A DNA stretch of 57,751 nucleotides, the filler included, from Squatina squatina (taxonomy: Eukaryota), in assembly GCA_031763465.1 (NCBI GenBank). It is 3 parts of 3 records of this genome, joined end to end, with 100 filler letters (N's around TTAATTAATTAA, not from the genome) between each part and the next. Parts side by side here need not be neighbours in the genome. Positions count along the whole stretch, not along the records: positions 33,911 to 57,751 come from JARFOE010000038.1; 2 more parts are not named here. One strand, written 5' to 3'. The translations under genes and the position numbers were made by a program. Below are positions 47,201 through 57,751 of the stretch, in pieces. The notes below the pieces were generated by a model that was given only the letters and a program-made list of their open reading frames with translations, was not told the DNA's origin and did not search any database. The first letter of the stretch is position 1. Each line of letters opens with the position of its first letter.

Positions 47201-48634
47201 CCCCTGAGAACAAATAAAGCTTGGATATTCGTTGAATCACCCCAGACAACTGCCATGTATCAACAGATTTAATATTTGATGTGGATCTTTTGCTAACTAA
47301 GTTGAGAAAACTAAATTGAGCATGTAAAATCTACCATGGCTTTCTAGGTTCTTATTAATAATGCATTACAGTTTCTTTTCCGACAATGAACTGCTGTTGC
47401 TATATGCAGGAAAAATGTAACATTAATTTGTATGCAATAAATATTTTATCGAAGCAACTTTCCATAATTTCTTTCTTCTGTTCTTTGGTACACAACACCT
47501 GCAGGGCTGGGGCAGGGAGCATGACTGTTTCCAGTGTCACCGCTTTCTCCAAAGAACACCTTCCTTTGTGGATTAAGCATGTTAGTTATTGATGTTCCCC
47601 CAAAATAAAAAATACCATAAAGTAAATTAAAACTGTTTCCATGGCACTCCTATTTTGCCTTCCACTGCCAGGTCTCTCCATCCTTCCTCAGGCTCCTACA
47701 TCTCCNNNNNNNNNNNNNNNNNNNNNNNNNNNNNNNNNNNNNNNNNNNNNNNNNNNNNNNNNNNNNNNNNNNNNNNNNNNNNNNNNNNNNNNNNNNNNNN
47801 NNNNNNNNNNNNNNNNNNNNNNNNNNNNNNNNNNNNNNNNNNNNNNNNNNNNNNNNNNNNNNNNNNNNNNNNNNNNNNNNNNNNNNNNNNNNNNNNNNNN
47901 NNNNNNNNNNNNNNNNNNNNNNNNNNNNNNNNNNNNNNNNNNNNNNNNNNNNNNNNNNNNNNNNNNNNNNNNNNNNNNNNNNNNNNNNNNNNNNNNNNNN
48001 NNNNNNNNNNNNNNNNNNNNNNNNNNNNNNNNNNNNNNNNNNNNNNNNNNNNNNNNNNNNNNNNNNNNNNNNNNNNNNNNNNNNNNNNNNNNNNNNNNNN
48101 NNNNNNNNNNNNNNNNNNNNNNNNNNNNNNNNNNNNNNNNNNNNNNNNNNNNNNNNNNNNNNNNNNNNNNNNNNNNNNNNNNNNNNNNNNNNNNNNNNNN
48201 NNNNNNNNNNNNNNNNNNNNNNNNNNNNNNNNNNNNNNNNNNNNNNNNNNNNNNNNNNNNNNNNNNNNNNNNNNNNNNNNNNNNNNNNNNNNNNNNNNNN
48301 NNNNNNNNNNNNNNNNNNNNNNNNNNNNNNNNNNNNNNNNNNNNNNNNNNNNNNNNNNNNNNNNNNNNNNNNNNNNNNNNNNNNNNNNNNNNNNNNNNNN
48401 NNNNNNNNNNNNNNNNNNNNNNNNNNNNNNNNNNNNNNNNNNNNNNNNNNNNNNNNNNNNNNNNNNNNNNNNNNNNNNNNNNNNNNNNNNNNNNNNNNNN
48501 NNNNNNNNNNNNNNNNNNNNNNNNNNNNNNNNNNNNNNNNNNNNNNNNNNNNNNNNNNNNNNNNNNNNNNNNNNNNNNNNNNNNNNNNNNNNNNNNNNNN
48601 NNNNNNNNNNNNNNNNNNNNNNNNNNNNNNNNNN

Positions 48635-48912
48635 CCTGCGCCTTTCCGATTTTCCTTATTCCACCATTGGCGGCCGTGCCTTCAATTGCCTCGGTTCCAA
48701 TACCTGGAATTCCCTCCCTAAACCTCTCTGCCTCTGCACTTCTCTCTCCTCCTTTCAGATGCTCCTTAAAATCTATCTCTTTGGCCAAGCTTTTGGTTAC
48801 CTGTCCTAATATCTCCTTATGTGGCTCGGTATCAAATTTTGTTTCATAATCGCACCCGTGATGGGACATTTGACTATGTTAAAGGCGCTATATAAATGCA
48901 AGCTGCTGTTGT
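48635..48912 (+). mobile_element. L2 LINE 3' end
   Basis: STIGGRAFNCLGSNTWNSLPKPLCLCTSLSSFQMLLKIYLF, tail aaaggcgctatataaatgcaagctgctgttg. Confidence 0.85.
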
Positions 48913-49099
48913 GTTGAGGTTTCAAATTGGAACTATATACACCATTTGAGCTCCCTTAATACATTAAGAGCAGCAGAGGGGGAAAAGAAAGTGTTAGAAG
49001 CTCTAGATATTGTCAAAACCCTGAAAGTTCCCTTTGAAATAGTTCGAAGACAATTAAAAAAAAACAGAACCAGGCCAATTTATTGGAGAGTACTATGAA

Positions 49100-49230
49100 A
49101 TCAGAGAAAGGTCATGCTGATAGGCTGAGATGAAGTGAGGTGGGGGAGGCTTGTGTGGAGCATAAACACTGGCATGAACCAGTTGGGCTGAATAGCCTGT
49201 TTTTGTGCTGTAAATTTGATGTAATTCTAT
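49100..49230 (+). mobile_element. CR1 3' UTR fragment
   Basis: ggcttgtgtggagcataaacactggcatgaaccagttgggctgaatagcctgtttttgtgctgtaaatt; homologous to 44755-44835. Confidence 0.7.
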
Positions 49231-49876
49231 CAACTGTTGTGCACATTAGTATTATAATCAACACATATGGTAAAGATTACATGGAATGATCATAACCAGA
49301 TGGCGAATGTAATAAAAGGACAGCACCAGTAATCAAGGAGCCAGATATATAATGTTACCACTTTTAACAGGTTTAATTGTGAGAATATAATTATATACTT
49401 CATTTTTTTTTAAATCAGCCTTCTTGAAGGCAGCTATGTGATTGGAAATAGCAAAGCTCAAAGAATTTGAGCAGCTTTTTAAAAAAAAAGAAAAATTACA
49501 CTTCAATTATCCATATGTTGCCCACGACAACATCATTTGAAGTACAAGGGGAGATTCTGTGACCCCCCGCCCGCCCCCGCCCCCCAGGAAAAAAGCCCTT
49601 GCTGTTTGTGTGGAAAGTATCACGCTCAGGGCTGGGGGGAGCTGACCTCTGCTCATTTTAATAATCATATGCACGTTTACCATAAATGCAGAGAGCATTA
49701 TGGTTGATGGGAGGGTGATGGTGGTAGGTTGTACTGTTGGGGGGTGGGGGGATGTTCTATGTTTGTTTTTGGAAAGATGAATGATCCTTTCCTTCAGACA
49801 TGTAGTGTCCTACCTGACCATGGACTGGTGAATGCTCTGCCGTGCTGGTTTAATCATGTTCTCTGCTCCCCCTCAG

Positions 49877-50754
49877 GTGCAAGGAGTGTTCCAGCACTCT
49901 GCTCCCTGGAGCCTACAAACCTGGCGCACATTTGGGCACCTTCGTGTGTACGCACCATCGAGGACGAGTGACCGGACAGCTGCTGCGCCCTCTGGCTGGT
50001 CAGACCATGCAATCACACCATGGCCCGAGCTCCATGCCGGCACGGACACTTTCACCAGCCAGCCCACTGCCACTAGAACATTCCCAGGTGCCCACAGAAG
50101 GATCAGGAAACTGTAAACGCAGCCCAGCATTAGAGTCCGGATTAAATGAAGAGGGAAGTGGTGCACAGTCAAATAGCCCAGGACGCAGCCTTTCCCTTTC
50201 GGTTAAACAGCTTTCTGCAGCCTTTTCAGTCTCCACTGAAAACGGTCATTCTGCCACTGGCAAAACACACAAACAACTAGTGCTTTCCAACAGCTTCGGC
50301 TTCAGGGATATAGTAAAGCCTGAGGTGGAATCTCATCTTCCGGAGGAAGCACCAAGATCGGCAGATTCCTGTGTTCCCAAAGAACAGACTGAGTGTGGCG
50401 TGAGTGAGCAGCCAGTGCCAGGGCCGCAGTCTGATCTGCAGAATTCTCAGCGCGAGGAACAGCAAGCAGCACACGCGGAGATGGGCATCGCCACAGAGAA
50501 TGCAGAGAGCACCAAAACCTCGGGGTCTCCAGCCAGGTGCACTGGCGAAAGCCCAGATACAAGCCTAGCTTCCGTGGACATAGAAACTTCTGACGAGAAG
50601 CTTAAGACTCCTGTTCCTGTTCCGAGGAAAACGGTTGACTCTGCATCGTCGCCCGTGGCAACGCCGCGTCCAGTACCTCGACCACGGGTTAGCTTTGGTA
50701 GTGGAACTAATGAAACATCTGTCCAGAAGTCGGAGAGCAGTGTGCTGGTAAATG
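49877..50754 (+). CDS. MICALL1: MICAL-like protein 1, large exon (second half of LIM domain plus Pro/Ser-rich linker)
   Basis: cctcag/G TGC gives CKECSSTLLPGAYKPGAHLGTFVCTHH; the frame stays open with PVPVPRK/PRPVPRPR motifs to the donor AATG/gtatgt. Confidence 0.88.
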
Positions 50755-51444
50755 GTATGTGATGCTTCTACAATAACAGCCAATTTTATTGAGACAGCGC
50801 TTTCAATGTAGAAAATACATCCCAAAGCATGTCCGAGTGAGGAAAAGAGTGGACGCCAAACTAAAGTACAAGAGTGTAGCAGGCTCGCACAAAGGTTTGG
50901 NNNNNNNNNNNNNNNNNNNNNNNNNNNNNNNNNNNNNNNNNNNNNNNNNNNNNNNNNNNNNNNNNNNNNNNNNNNNNNNNNNNNNNNNNNNNNNNNNNNN
51001 CCTGCCCTTCCCTCTCCTCCCTGAGCCTTACCCATCTCTCTCTATCAGGAAAGAGAGGTGCTGAGTGCTTGTTCAGTCCTAGTGCATCAGCCCGGCCCCT
51101 CTGCCCTGGCCCTGGCCACTGTTTCCACTCAGAACTAGAGGATTCAATCGGGGCCTGAGAGCAGCAACGTGTCACAACCCCCAGAGCGGTTACTGACGGG
51201 AAGGCTGACCAGTAGCAGGCAGTTTCCAGGGGCTGCCAGCCAGTGGTGACCAGCTCTTTTGGATCTAAATGCAGCTTGCCATATCCTGACCGCTGAGTGA
51301 GGGAGTTATAGACAGGTGGTTTGCTATAATTACTGTTTGTGGCAGTAGTACCCAGGAAGCTGTGTGACACCACTCCCCCCACCCCGGCCTTGTGACTTTG
51401 TGTGATGCCTGTTGTAGTAATGTGAGCCCTGTCCTATTTCCCAG

Positions 51445-51518
51445 TTTCAAGCAGCAGAACCTGGAGGAACGGCAGGCAGATGTGGAGTATGAATTGCGCT
51501 GTCTACTCAACAAACCAG
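51445..51518 (+). CDS. MICALL1: MICALL1 bMERB/Rab-binding domain exon ([24 protein letters not shown])
   Basis: 74 nt, ttcccag/T...CCAG/gtcagt. Confidence 0.92.
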
Positions 51519-51606
51519 GTCAGTGACTGCTACAGAGTGCATTCGGGATTTATCTCCCGCAGTCCCAGCTCCCTCAGGCTGATCCCCGCTTCAATTGTCT
51601 CTGCAG

Positions 51607-51721
51607 AGAAAGATTGGACAGATGAGGATCGAGCGCGGGAGGCAGAGTTGATGCAGGAGTTGATTACAGTCATCGAACAAAGAAACGCCATCATCAACAG
51701 CCTGGACGAGGACAGGCAACG
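51607..51721 (+). CDS. MICALL1: MICALL1 bMERB exon ([39 protein letters not shown])
   Basis: 115 nt, ctgcag/AG...CG/gtaatc; an 88-nt intron separates it from the previous exon; phase consistent. Confidence 0.92.
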
Positions 51722-51754
51722 GTAATCTCATCAGTAAATTAGGGTGCTGGGATA

Positions 51755-51914
51755 TTGGGTACAGGATAGTGGGGCACAGGCTTCCTGTGGGTGAGGGGCA
51801 CAGATAGTGGGGTACACGCTTCCTGTCTGGGTGAGGGGCACAAGATAGTGGGGTACACACTTCCTGTTAGTGAGGGGCACAGGATAGTGGGGTACATGCT
51901 TCCTGTCTGGGGAT
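51755..51914. repeat. About 40-bp minisatellite (gtgaggggcacaggatagtggggtacacgcttcctgt..)
   Basis: About 4 tandem units running into a gap. Confidence 0.9.
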
Positions 51915-53362
51915 NNNNNNNNNNNNNNNNNNNNNNNNNNNNNNNNNNNNNNNNNNNNNNNNNNNNNNNNNNNNNNNNNNNNNNNNNNNNNNNNNNNNNN
52001 NNNNNNNNNNNNNNATTCAGCATGTTGAGGGCGAGGGGAGCTGGCACTAATCTGACACAGTAATTGTCTTCACACTTAATCAGTTAGGGAGTAACTTTCT
52101 GTTCTGTCTTGTGAAAGGGTGTTTGCACATGAACACATCGCACCACCATGCAACATAACGTCAGTTTAGATTCTCACATCAACCAGACTTTTTCAGGGAC
52201 TTTTAGATTTGTGTTTTGAAACTTAACTCTTAGCTTCTGTAGATTGGATGAAACACATGGTCTGAATACTGGACTGAGCACTGGTATATACACTCTTACT
52301 CTGATTAACACAATTTGTCTTTTGAGATTTTGTAGGTTCTTAGCAGTAATTATATTTCTACCTAACATACAGGAACAGCTGCCAAAAAAAGCCTTAATTC
52401 AATTTATTGTCAAATCTTTTGTTCAAAGCATTTTTTGTACGTATTCAAGGGGAATATTGGTGCCATTTCTTCCTATTAGTCTGTTAGCTATAGTATTGCT
52501 TTCATAGGTTGAATTGGACGGTTTTGCTGATGCAGATATTTTCTTTCGCTGTTATTCTGCCTTACCTATTTGTATATAATATTTATTGAAACACACAAGC
52601 ACTGTTCTAAAGCTATATTATTCTGCTAACAAAATGGGTAAATTTGGGACCAATAAAATGGAAAGTTGTCCAAGTGTGTGACTGGTTTATGGACGGGAGT
52701 GGCGGTTGTGATTGAGAATTCATCAGTTCTACGCCACATGTCCTGGGANNNNNNNNNNNNNNNNNNNNNNNNNNNNNNNNNNNNNNNNNNNNNNNNNNNN
52801 NNNNNNNNNNNNNNNNNNNNNNNNNNNNNNNNNNNNNNNNNNNNNNNNGGGCAAATTGCCCGTCTCTCTGCCCGCGGAGGCCCTTTCGTTTCAGATGCGG
52901 TGGATTTGCCAAGGGAAATCTTGACCGGTTGCAAGTTCTGGGTTTTGGTGCCTGTGGGGCCCCTACGGGCGCGGGCGCACCTCGTACACACACACAGCGA
53001 CCACGGTTTCAGGGCCAATCTATTCCCTTCATCATCTCAAAAACCTCAATCAGATCAGCCCTAAATCTGTGCTTCTCTAAAATGTTGAGTCCCAGCTCTT
53101 CTAACCTACCTTTGCTACTGAGATGCTTTACAGTGGGAATTAGTCTCGAGGCCCTCTTATTTGATTATTCAGCAATGTTTCACCTTTTGAATGTTTACAT
53201 CACTCCTGCGCTGTGCAGCCATTTAAGTTACGCCGCTGAACTCAACCTTTGACCTTGCATCTTAGGCCGACTAATTGGAGAAGGAATGTTCCTTCAGCTG
53301 ATCCTCAATGTTTAAGGACCTGTCCTAATTTTAAGCTGATTAATTTTCTCTCGCTCCTCCAG

Positions 53363-53576
53363 GTCTGGGACTGGCCTTGAACTTTCAGCCTTCTCTCATT
53401 ATGCTGGGCAGGTACTTTGATAAAAGGAGGCCACTGGCCAATGGACTGGCAGCCGCTGGGAGCCCAGTGTTCCTCAGCGCACTCTCCCCTTTCGGCCAAA
53501 TCCTGCTGGATTACTATGGCTGGCGAGGGGCCTTCCTCATCATGGGGGGCTTGTTACTCAACTGCTGCATGTGTGG
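53363..53576 (+). CDS. SLC16A8: Monocarboxylate transporter 3, partial exon cut by a gap
   Basis: ctccag/GT gives [43 protein letters not shown]...[20 protein letters not shown]3/4 type; adjacency to PICK1 favours SLC16A8 over SLC16A3. Confidence 0.85.
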
Positions 53577-53889
53577 NNNNNNNNNNNNNNNNNNNNNNNN
53601 NNNNNNNNNNNNNNNNNNNNNNNNNNNNNNNNNNNNNNNNNNNNNNNNNNNNNNNNNNNNNNNNNNNNNNNNNNNNGGGATTACCAATAGCTATGGAAGT
53701 AGGAGGCCTGGGGAAATTGAGAAAATAGGAGATGGGGCGAGTTTCGATATTATACAGGAACAGCTTGGTAAAAAAGCGACTGGGAGCTGAAAGCTCAGGG
53801 CTCCAGGGTAGAACTGGACCACTGAAAGCCAGTCAATAATGTGTTGGCCCTACAACATGTATAATATTACATTTGTTTAATTTACTGGA

Positions 53890-54245
53890 GTCGACCATTC
53901 CAACGTTCTACTGGCCAGCCTTCCATCTTCCACCCTCAATGAACTTGAGCTCATCCAAAACTCTGCTGCCTGTATCGTAACTCGCACCGAGTCCCGTTCA
54001 CCCATCACCCTGTGCTTGCTGACCTTCATTGGCTCCCGGTCTACCAACAAGGTTCCCGCTAAGCTACGCGGCTGCGCAGCAGTCTGGAGATCCTGCGCAG
54101 GCTGCTTAACAGTTTTTGAATGGGAGATTTTGCGCATGCACAAAATTTTAAACCACACACCCAAAACAAATTAGGATGAACATTGTCCACCAACACATTG
54201 AATTGAAAATTCTCATCCTCCATGGCCTCACCCCTTCCTATCTGA
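53890..54245 (+). mobile_element. L2 LINE ORF2 fragment interrupted by a MITE
   Basis: HSNVLLASLPSSTLNELELIQNSAACIVTRTESRSPIT, resuming after 54185 with ..IELKILIL. Confidence 0.8.
54048..54185. mobile_element. hAT-type MITE, copy 2
   Basis: TIRs caaggttcccgctaa / ttaggatgaacattg; 8-bp TSD tctaccaa / tccaccaa; body similar to 24739-24911. Confidence 0.8.
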
Positions 54246-54829
54246 ACTCAGCATTGTGAGTGCTCCTAACCCGATAAGGTGAGCCCTGTCTGTTCTCTGA
54301 AAGCAGTAGCTCGGGAGCCTGGCTGTCAAAATGAATGGATCAAATTACACATTACGAAGATTTTGATTACTCTCCAGCAGACACGATCAAATTACACATT
54401 ACAGGCAAACTGACAGGTGTATTGTGTCCTCCAAGGGGACCAATCAGAAATGTGGTGTTGCAAGTAGACATGACCAGCATTGTTAGCTTCACACACGCGT
54501 ACAGGGCAGTGTCGGAGTCCCGAGATTGGGAGCTGTGGACCTGCAGGTAACTGGTGCAAGGAGCTTGCTACAAGCTGGACTACACACCCCACCTCGAGAG
54601 GCTCAGGCAGAAAGGATGCACTAAACAGGAGACAGTGAAACAACTACGCACCTGTACAAAAGGGCATGCCCATAAAGTATTGGTATTTATCTCAAGGAGC
54701 TGACAGGGATCAACGGTCGGGTCCATGGGAGACATAAATAAAAGATCATCACTCCTACTATACACGGCACATTTCTGTCCTGATTTAGTGTAAGGGGCTC
54801 ATTTCCCCCTCCAGACAGGAAAAGATATT

Positions 54830-55050
54830 CTATTCATCATCAAATAGTTTCTCTCCGTTTTCCTCGTTCTCCTTCTCCTCCTCTTCCTCTGCGTCTGTGT
54901 AAATATCCTTCGGACTGTAGTTCAACATTGTTTTTGTCAAGTCGACCTCGATGGGAAAGACGTCGGCATCTTTTAAGACAGCGTAACACTCGTCATAGTA
55001 CTTGGACATGGCGGAGACAAAGCGCTGGAGCTGGAACACGATGTCTTGCA
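54830..55050 (-). CDS. PICK1: PICK1 last coding exon (end of BAR domain and acidic tail)
   Basis: cag/TG CAA gives VQDIVFQLQRFVSAMSKYYDECYAVLKDADVFPIEVDL...EEEEE...DDE followed by a stop. Confidence 0.95.
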
Positions 55051-55153
55051 CTGNNNNNNNNNNNNNNNNNNNNNNNNNNNNNNNNNNNNNNNNNNNNNNN
55101 NNNNNNNNNNNNNNNNNNNNNNNNNNNNNNNNNNNNNNNNNNNNNNNNNNNNN

Positions 55154-55376
55154 GCGTTGCACGGCCCAGTGTGCAGCACTGCTCCACTCACCGCCCCGCC
55201 TGCTGCCGATTGCGCTCCAGGAAGGAAGTGGAGTTTCTGATTTAGTGCTTTATTTCCTTCCTGGAGCGTTACCCCCAAATTTTTTTAAAATTGAAAAAGA
55301 TTAGCGCCTGGCGCTAATTTTTCTACTTTTAAAAGTTAGCCCCCACAACGGGATGCTCCTGAATTTCTCCCCCTAA
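55154..55376. mobile_element. GC-rich, hairpin-rich MITE-like fragment
   Basis: Perfect 15-bp inverted repeat (55213-55227 / 55254-55268) and 9-bp palindrome arms (55300-55318); truncated by a gap. Confidence 0.45.
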
Positions 55377-55583
55377 GATTTTCACCCACAGTTCTACCTT
55401 CAGCAGTACTGAGAATACCAAGCAACCATATCTCAGTGGGAAAGGGTGAACCAACACATGAAGTGATGAGGGAGATGTGAACCAGAATGAGAAGAGAGCC
55501 TTTCACTCCAGCAATGGGGGGGCGGGGAGACTGACAGAGACAAGTTAGCTTATTTCAGGAGAGGACGTATTGGGTTGCTTTAC

Positions 55584-55695
55584 CTGCACGATGTATAAGC
55601 AGGGACAGTACTGGGCCCCTCCGCCAATGCTGATCCCAATTAAATTCTGAGAATCCTTTTTAAGTGTCACTGTCCCGGGCACAGTCGGAATTCCC
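55584..55695 (-). CDS. PICK1: PICK1 PDZ-domain exon (GIPTVPGTVTLKKDSQNLIGISIGGGAQYCPCLYIVQ)
   Basis: 112 nt, atcag/G...CAG/gtaaag; PDZ carboxylate loop LIGI and CPC motif present. Confidence 0.96.
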
Positions 55696-55777
55696 CTGAT
55701 CAAAACAAAGGGATTAAAAAGTTGATGTTTATTACACTGACTTATAAGATCTTTTTCATCGGCCACGGCTGTGACAG

Positions 55778-55994
55778 CAGCCCATTCACTCAATGGGTAA
55801 CCCCGTCCCCCCAGCCCATTCACTCAATGAGTAACCCCCTTCCCCCAGTCCATTCACTCAATGAGTAACCTCCTCCCCAGCCTATTCACTCAATGAATAA
55901 CCTCCTCCCCAGCCCATTCACTCAATGGGTAACCCCCTTCCCCCAGCCCATTCACTCAATGGGTAACCCCCTCCCCCCAGCCCATTCACTCAAT
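55778..55994. repeat. 32-34-bp minisatellite (cagcccattcactcaatgggtaacccc..cccc)
   Basis: 6-7 tandem units in a PICK1 intron, running into a gap. Confidence 0.92.
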
Positions 55995-56109
55995 NNNNNN
56001 NNNNNNNNNNNNNNNNNNNNNNNNNNNNNNNNNNNNNNNNNNNNNNNNNNNNNNNNNNNNNNNNNNNNNNNNNNNNNNNNNNNNNNNNNNNNNNCCCCCT
56101 GCGACTCAC

Positions 56110-56308
56110 GTTCTCGCTTGGTGTCGCGGTGCTGCCAGCTGTAGAAGTTCAGCAGTTCTTTCTGAGCCCTCTTGCGTTTCTCGCGCTGGATTGCCCGCAG
56201 GTTACCCGCTTCGGTCCGGGGGATGCCCGGGCGCCGCCCTTTCCTGGTCACCTTCACCCAGCCATCCTCGTCTGGGACGCCGTCTGCAGCCTCCGCGAGT
56301 GCCTCCAC
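56110..56308 (-). CDS. RRP7A: Ribosomal RNA-processing protein 7A exon
   Basis: 199 nt, tcacag/GTG...GAAC/gtgagt; GVPDEDGWVKVTRKGRRP...KELLNFYSWQHRDTKRE matches the RRP7 C-terminal domain. Confidence 0.95.
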
Positions 56309-56449
56309 CTGTGAACAGAGTGAGCGGCGAGAGTAACCGCATGAACAGAGTGAGCGGCCCGAGACAAACCGCGGGGACGGAGCGAGACCTCGTGTCCCAC
56401 GTCCACTGAGAGACATCACCCACCCCCTCTCTGCCCCCAAACCCCGTAC

Positions 56450-56547
56450 CTCCGCCACCCGCTGGTCGTGTTGCTGCATGAACTGGTCAACGTCATTTTG
56501 CAGTTCCCCAGGGTTGATGATCTTGGAGCAATAAATCCGGATCCACT
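56450..56547 (-). CDS. RRP7A: RRP7A preceding exon (WIRIYCSKIINPGELQNDVDQFMQQHDQRVAE)
   Basis: 98 nt, ttcccag/AG TGG...GAG/gtacgg; aligns to recalled human KWISDY...EVDTFMEAYDQKIAE; phase 0 into the next exon. Confidence 0.9.
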
Positions 56548-56573
56548 CTGGGAAAGAAGGAATGGGTCAGGAT

Positions 56574-56761
56574 CAATGTTCCCTCGTATTTTGTTTTGAC
56601 TGTACAGCCCCCCGTAAGCGGCTGCACCGTCCATTCACTTACATTGAAAAAGATGATCCCAGACTGTGGGGGACTGGCATTTCAAATGTGAAAGTTTGTG
56701 CTTGCGCAAAACTTTGAACGTGCTGCGCAGACTGTTCAAAAAAAAATTAGGCCGAACATTG
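56574..56761. mobile_element. hAT-type MITE, copy 3 (more diverged)
   Basis: Termini caatgttccctcgta / ttaggccgaacattg; internal tgcgcaaaactttgaa resembles the other copies; TSD not clear. Confidence 0.55.
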
Positions 56762-57751
56762 ACAGCAGGTCTATTCATATCTGTCGGACAAGCCAACAGC
56801 TACCAATGACTCTTTCAGGCACCATTGCTGTGGCTGCTGGGCACATGGCACCCCGTGACAGAGAGGCTGGAGCCGGGTTGAAGTTGGAGTTTGGAAACGG
56901 TAACCATCAAGGCATGAACATATGCGTGCCTTTACTCAACTTGCCAGAGAAATCATGTTCTCAAGTGTGTCAGTTCTCGAGTTCTGATGGAAGATTCTAC
57001 ATCCAAATATTAAGCTACCTTTTTGCTTTAGATGCTGATGGAGCTGCTGTGCATATCCAGCATTTCCAGTTTCGATCTCTGCCCCTCCTGTGCTGTGTAA
57101 CATGAAAAGTGCTGAACCACAGCAATGGCTTTTTACTACCCTCTGTATAATGAATCAGATATCTCAACAAAATGAATTTCGTGTGCAAGAACTGGCAGCC
57201 TTGGATAATGCAAAATATTCTTTGCTCCAATATTTCCTGATTTACAATACCCCCCCACATACAATGGGCAGTATGGATTAAATTTTGATGAGCCATTTAA
57301 TTATTTGTGAATCGTATATAGTTACCAGTGAGATGATTTATTCAACATAAATTCACTGTAAATATCTACACTACCACCTTAAAACCACTTCCTTTTTGTT
57401 ACTTAAAATTATTCCCCTATTTTTTTCCATTTTTCTCCTGACAATAGTGACTCACTGCATATAGTCCCATGTTTACAGGCAGTCCTCTGGTACCTCATCT
57501 AAGTGATTATTCTTTACGTGCAGATCTGGACAGTAAGTGTTGACCACAGATAGTTGGAGATAATTAGGAATGTTTTAAACAAACTGTAAGCTCTAGTTTT
57601 GTCTGACTGGCTAATTGTCAACCCCAGAACAGGTCAGGCCCTCTCTAATACTGATGTGAAGCTACAAGACAAGATGACAATTACATTAGATGATGCAGTG
57701 ATGCTTAACTTCACGAGAACATCACTGCATTCTTCCCTCTATACTATGGCC

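Noticed and set aside
55778-55994. CRISPR-like array
   Set aside because: Head-to-tail repeats with no unique spacers, a vertebrate intronic context and no cas genes.

Overview
Vertebrate genomic DNA from a fragmented draft assembly. The repeat content (DeuSINE/SacSINE1-like SINEs, CR1 and L2 LINEs, Penelope-type termini) suggests a cartilaginous fish; this is an inference. Two artificial 100-nt linkers (N44-TTAATTAATTAA-N44, at 14817-14916 and 33811-33910) join three probably unrelated scaffolds. Block 1 (1-14816) has no recognisable exons, only repeats, including an LTR with a tRNA-Ser primer-binding site. Block 2 (14917-33810) carries five NCLN exons (-), two HAUS8 exons (+) and the first coding exon of CELF5 (+). 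Block 3 (33911-57751) carries a disrupted MGAT3, an apparently intact U4 snRNA gene with promoter elements, and exons of MICALL1, SLC16A8, PICK1 and RRP7A, whose human orthologues lie on 22q13. Gene identities come from recalled vertebrate protein sequences plus GT-AG and phase checks; no database search was run, and exon numbers are by analogy to human. I found no convincing novel multi-gene system. The best leads are the MGAT3 pseudogenisation, a 440-N gap inside an NCLN exon with no bases missing, a 27-nt extended PBS, hammerhead-like cores in Penelope-type repeats and a three-copy hAT-type MITE family.
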